64,000 nucleotides of DNA. It comes from Promethearchaeota archaeon. Its GTDB lineage: Archaea; Asgardarchaeota; Lokiarchaeia; Sigyniarchaeales; SOKP01. Each line of letters starts with the position of its first letter. Within the stretch, counting starts at the first letter, position 1. Position numbers and translations under genes: made by a program. This document shows positions 60,020 through 64,000 of this stretch, piece by piece. Location of the stretch: contig JAHPZA010000004.1 in assembly GCA_019058445.1 (NCBI GenBank), positions 418,184 through 482,183 on the forward strand, read 5' to 3'. A model generated the notes under the pieces. The model was not told the origin of the DNA. It did not search any database and was given only the letters and a program-made list of their open reading frames with translations.

Positions 60020-61093
60020 TTAGTTTAATTGCTTTTTTACTTCTTTAGCAATTTTTTCTGTCTTTTTATCCTTGATCCAATATCGAATCTTCTTGGTTCT
60101 GAGTAAATTTTGAATTTTTTCATTTAATTCATTTAGTTTCTTTCGATCTTGATCAGATAATTGTGGAACTTCTTCTAAAATCTTTTCTTTTACTTTTTCA
60201 ATTTCTTGTTCAATAATTGGAATATCTATAGGTTCCTTTTCTCTTTGAGTTATTCTTTTTCTCAAAATCTCTTTTATATTTTTTATCCATCCCTCAATCC
60301 AGGGAAAGGCCCCTTCTTTTTTTGGATCAATTATCTCGATATCTTTCCGATCTACAATTATTAAATCGTCAGGACAGCTGTTTTCACAAGCACCGCAATA
60401 AAAACAAGCATCTTCATTACACGCAATTTTCCCAAATTTAGCTATTTCCTCCGCACTTTCGGGTATAAACCATGATTCAACAGGACAAATATTTACGCAT
60501 GCTTTGCAACCCAGAGGATCGCATTTATGGAGCATATTCTTTTTGATGATGACTTCGCCTTCTATTGGAGAATCGACTTGGAAGCATTTTGTAGGGCATT
60601 CTTTTTGGATTTTATAAAATTCTTCGACATGATTTCTCTCTCGGACCTTTAAGCATAACTGACAGATTTCATTATTCAGATCTTCTTCACATTTTTGAAA
60701 ATCAATTTTATAGAACTTTCCAATGGAAGGAAACTCATCCAGATTAATATGCCCTTCAGGTTCTATATTTTCATGAAACGCGTCTGTAGGGCATACTATA
60801 GCACATAACATACAGTAACAACATTTTTCATGATCAATTAAGAGTTTTGGATTAGACTCGTCTAATATATTTTGGGCGATTTCAGGAATTGGACCGAGTT
60901 CAATCGCATCAACCGGACATACCATTTTACATAAACTGCATCCTATACATTTTTTAATGTCGTATGTGAGTTTTTTATTTACATCTTTATATTTCCAGTT
61001 GAGAATGAATTGATCTGGGCTAATATCTAACCCTTTTTCGATTTCTTCTTCAATTTCCTTGTGGGCTGTATCTTCTGAAGATGTTTGCGTAAT
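60020..61093 (-). CDS. Polyferredoxin, FwdF-like
   Basis: The first cluster motif CIGCSLCKMVCP is cut by the track start (60925); extends to ATT 61093. Further CxxCxxCxxxCP motifs follow. Confidence 0.82.
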   Translation of the reverse strand: MTQTSSEDTAHKEIEEEIEKGLDISPDQFILNWKYKDVNKKLTYDIKKCIGCSLCKMVCPVDAIELGPIPEIAQNILDESNPKLLIDHEKCCYCMLCAIVCPTDAFHENIEPEGHINLDEFPSIGKFYKIDFQKCEEDLNNEICQLCLKVRERNHVEEFYKIQKECPTKCFQVDSPIEGEVIIKKNMLHKCDPLGCKACVNICPVESWFIPESAEEIAKFGKIACNEDACFYCGACENSCPDDLIIVDRKDIEIIDPKKEGAFPWIEGWIKNIKEILRKRITQREKEPIDIPIIEQEIEKVKEKILEEVPQLSDQDRKKLNELNEKIQNLLRTKKIRYWIKDKKTEKIAKEVKKQLN

Positions 61094-61216
61094 TTTTTGT
61101 CAACCACTAAATTAGTTTTCCTACTCTTAAGTAATCTATATTGTTCTTGGTAATTAATTTTAATGATATAGAAAAATAATTAATTATAAGAAATATATAA
61201 TAAGATTTGATTTTAG

Positions 61217-61558
61217 ATGTATGAATATATTGACGGAAACGGGAATAAATATCTCATTACAAACGAGGGCAAAAAAATTATAGAATATATCCCTATGAAG
61301 CCTCATCTTAGTTCAAGTGGAGTTTATGATGGTGGGGAGTATATGAAAAAAGAATTAAGCAACCAAGAATGGGATATTCTGATTTTAAATCTTAATCAGG
61401 CAGTAAGAAATTCAGAAAGTCATATCAAAAATAGGATAAAAAAGTCAGGGATGGTAATAATCGACGATAAAAATGTGAAAAAATCATGTATTCTTGATCC
61501 AAACTCAAAAAAACTATTAGAAATTGAAAAATTATTACACTCTATTTTTGATAAATAA
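61217..61558 (+). CDS. Hypothetical protein
   Basis: 113 aa ORF; Y.DGNGN.Y, SSG.YDGG. Confidence 0.7.
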   Translation: MYEYIDGNGNKYLITNEGKKIIEYIPMKPHLSSSGVYDGGEYMKKELSNQEWDILILNLNQAVRNSESHIKNRIKKSGMVIIDDKNVKKSCILDPNSKKLLEIEKLLHSIFDK

Positions 61559-61616
61559 ATGCAGCTTTATACCAGAGATATCTTTTATCCTTTCTTATGA
61601 GAGATAATCTAGTTAA

Positions 61617-61901
61617 TCACTGACTAAGATAATATTCAGCATTTTCTAAAATCAACTGATTCCCGTATGCTCCAGTACTGATAACAGCATCCTCATCGAT
61701 CAAAGGATCGGGGATTAATTTTTCTTCCTTGAGCAATCCACTTACTGATATTTTTTTATCCAAAAATTCTGATGGCCAAAATTCGAGTCCTTTAATGAAT
61801 ATAACATTTCCTTCTGGAGTGAGCAATACAGCCCCGCCTTTGGCATCCTTAGCAGTACCATTTAAGTTTACTTTTTGACCTATTTGCTTCTCTACTTTCA
61901 T
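61617..61901 (-). CDS. Hypothetical protein (possible OB-like fold)
   Basis: 94 aa ORF; G.A.DAKGGAVL. Confidence 0.68.
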   Translation of the reverse strand: MKVEKQIGQKVNLNGTAKDAKGGAVLLTPEGNVIFIKGLEFWPSEFLDKKISVSGLLKEEKLIPDPLIDEDAVISTGAYGNQLILENAEYYLSQ

Positions 61902-61939
61902 TTCACATATAATATTTAATATTTTTGAAATTTAAATTA

Positions 61940-62407
61940 TTATTCTTCAATAAATTTTGGCGGTAAATTTTCTAATCCAGGGAAGGAAAGAGGAGGTTTA
62001 ACCATAACAGTCACGGTGCCATGGGCCAGGAGGTTATCTTTCTCATCTTTTATTGAAGCCTCTGCCAGTCCAATGCTTTTAGTGAGTTTTATACAACGCC
62101 CATAGGCAAGTAATTTGCCACTTCTGATGCTTGAAAGATAGTTTATTTTCATTTCAATGGTGGCAGCGCTATTATTCCCCTCGACTTGAGAATAGACCGC
62201 AAAAAATCCGGTTCCATCCGCCAATGCGGCATAGACACCACCGTGAACCATACCATAGGGTTGGAGATGTTTGCGCTTAATTTCTACTTCAAGAATCGAT
62301 TCCCCATACTTTAGGTCAATCAATTTCATATTTTGATTCTTAAAAAAGGGGCTATTATTGATTACAGGAAGTGCAAAACCAACCCATTTCGGATTTAACT
62401 GTTTCAT
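61940..62407 (-). CDS. PaaI-family thioesterase
   Basis: HLQPYGMVHGGVYAALAD, TIEMKINYL. Confidence 0.93.
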   Translation of the reverse strand: MKQLNPKWVGFALPVINNSPFFKNQNMKLIDLKYGESILEVEIKRKHLQPYGMVHGGVYAALADGTGFFAVYSQVEGNNSAATIEMKINYLSSIRSGKLLAYGRCIKLTKSIGLAEASIKDEKDNLLAHGTVTVMVKPPLSFPGLENLPPKFIEE

Positions 62408-62488
62408 ATTAAATTTAACTCATTATTCTTATCAATTAATTGTAATTCCTAACAATTATAAAAATATTAATTTTTACAAGAAGGAGAG

Positions 62489-63859
62489 CTATATCTGTTT
62501 TTGAAGTTTTGCAATTTTTTTTTCTAGTTTTTTAATTCTTGAGTCGCTTTCGTTAAGAATTGAATAGTCTTCAAGCACTTTCAGCGCGATTTTATAATTA
62601 CGTATAGCATTGATATAGTCATTATTTTTCTCAAATTTATCTCCCGCGTCTTCAGCATAATCTATTTCCATTTTCTTTATTTTTTTATCTAGTTCTAAAA
62701 CCATAAATGAAATTTTGCCAATATCTTCTTGAAATTCGAACCCAGTTGCTAAATATAGTGCTTTTTCATATTCTTTTTGAGCCTCTTTATATACTAAAGC
62801 TTTTTCGGCAGTTTGACCTTTCTTAATAAATGATGTCATTAATTTTTGTGCTTCTTCTGGATTTAAACTTTCAGCAGTATTTTTCAATTCATAAATCGCA
62901 TTATTATTAGCAATTATAGGGGAGATTAATTTATTATTTGCCAATCGCATGGCATGAGATTCACGAAAGGATTTAACATTTTTCTCGGCAGTTTCAAGGG
63001 TGGTTGGAATTATGGCTTCCATCAATAATAGCTGATAAATCTCATAAAGGATTACCTTCGCTTCAATATCTACAATTTTTTTTACTTCATTTAATATATT
63101 ATAAATAAAAAAGAACTGCTTAGTGGCTAAATAATCTTTCGCAAATTTAATCACTGCCCTTTGAATATAATTATTATTAATTGAATCTAAAACACTAGGG
63201 ATAAGTGTATGTGAAAGTACCATGGGAAAAACTAATTTAACATTAAAAAATTCAGTAATAAAATCATTTGTGTTATCCGATTCGAGAGCTCCTGAAGAAA
63301 TAACTTTAATAATATTATCTTTATATCTGATTTCGTAATTTTGTAAAAATTCGATTATCAGAGATTTTAAACTCTCAGATGCCTTATGATCCAGAACTAG
63401 GCAGATTCTAATATATTTTCCATTTCTTAAGATCACATTAAATGTTTTATATTGCAATTCGTAGAATTGGTGATTCGCTACCTGATTTGAATAATTTGAA
63501 CTCTCTCCCGATTCCGAAAAGGTTATATTCGCCTGTAAGAATCCTGATAATAATTCTGTATCTACTCCAGCTCCTGAAATTGGGTAATTGGCAATTAATA
63601 ATCCAGAATCTTTAGCCATTAATAAAATATGCTTTATATTTAATACGTCTAAAAATTTCTGCCAGATTAAATCGCGGAACATTTGGATACGTTTCTCTTC
63701 AGAATCCATTTCTTCGATTTTTATGTTATGATCTGCTTTTAAACCGAGTTTCTCCATTTGGGATTTAATGCATTCAGCACAATATTCAGGATATTTAATA
63801 CACTCCTTTTTATCATATCCACAATTAAACCCTACACGACTTATCTGAAAATAAACCAT
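62489..63859 (-). CDS. Longin-like domain protein with C-terminal TPR-like helices (Asgard-type)
   Basis: HILLMAKDSGLLI...DTELLSGFLQANITFS; A.KEYEKAL and AIRNYKIAL helices; N-terminal Cys cluster. Confidence 0.7.
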   Translation of the reverse strand: MVYFQISRVGFNCGYDKKECIKYPEYCAECIKSQMEKLGLKADHNIKIEEMDSEEKRIQMFRDLIWQKFLDVLNIKHILLMAKDSGLLIANYPISGAGVDTELLSGFLQANITFSESGESSNYSNQVANHQFYELQYKTFNVILRNGKYIRICLVLDHKASESLKSLIIEFLQNYEIRYKDNIIKVISSGALESDNTNDFITEFFNVKLVFPMVLSHTLIPSVLDSINNNYIQRAVIKFAKDYLATKQFFFIYNILNEVKKIVDIEAKVILYEIYQLLLMEAIIPTTLETAEKNVKSFRESHAMRLANNKLISPIIANNNAIYELKNTAESLNPEEAQKLMTSFIKKGQTAEKALVYKEAQKEYEKALYLATGFEFQEDIGKISFMVLELDKKIKKMEIDYAEDAGDKFEKNNDYINAIRNYKIALKVLEDYSILNESDSRIKKLEKKIAKLQKQI

Positions 63860-64000
63860 CTAAAGCACAAATTTAAAATTAGAGTTTTGTAATGAATTCT
63901 TATTTTTCTTATATAATTTGATTAAATTTGGGTTATAAAAATCTTTAGAAATTACCAAGTTTTGCGACGTAGCAACGAAAAATTTAAAAATTTCATTATA

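Overview
AT-rich archaeal chromosomal window, most likely from an Asgard archaeon (Lokiarchaeia/Promethearchaeota). That assignment is inferred from a Loki-CTERM-like IPGY sorting tail, a longin-like protein, Loki-type 7TM proteins, cdhD, an fwdF-like gene and an intron-containing tRNA. Core content: four tandem FAD oxidoreductases plus a GlcF/HdrD-like Fe-S partner, a DUF1998 (Hrq1/YprA-type) helicase, a LysR / 2x acyl-CoA synthetase / DsrE / TusA / double-cubane reductase region, leuCD, dapF-lysA and dapA-dapB, argG, a PAS histidine kinase with a receiver protein, and tRNA-Pro(UGG). No transposase, integrase or CRISPR array is evident. Main observations: (1) accessory genes at three loci are flanked by degenerate copies of the 3' end or downstream region of the adjacent core gene, with the helicase C-terminus present three times, suggesting an integrase-free cassette-stacking process; (2) at least five genes appear to need ATT/ATA start codons; (3) the tRNA has a non-canonical 25/26 intron with a textbook bulge-helix-bulge; (4) LysR-type boxes sit at matching spacing before the dsrE-tusA and double-cubane promoters; (5) a multi-TM protein is fused to a p44/Ssl1-type C4C4 RING-like finger. 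All calls are by eye from motifs; no searches were run.
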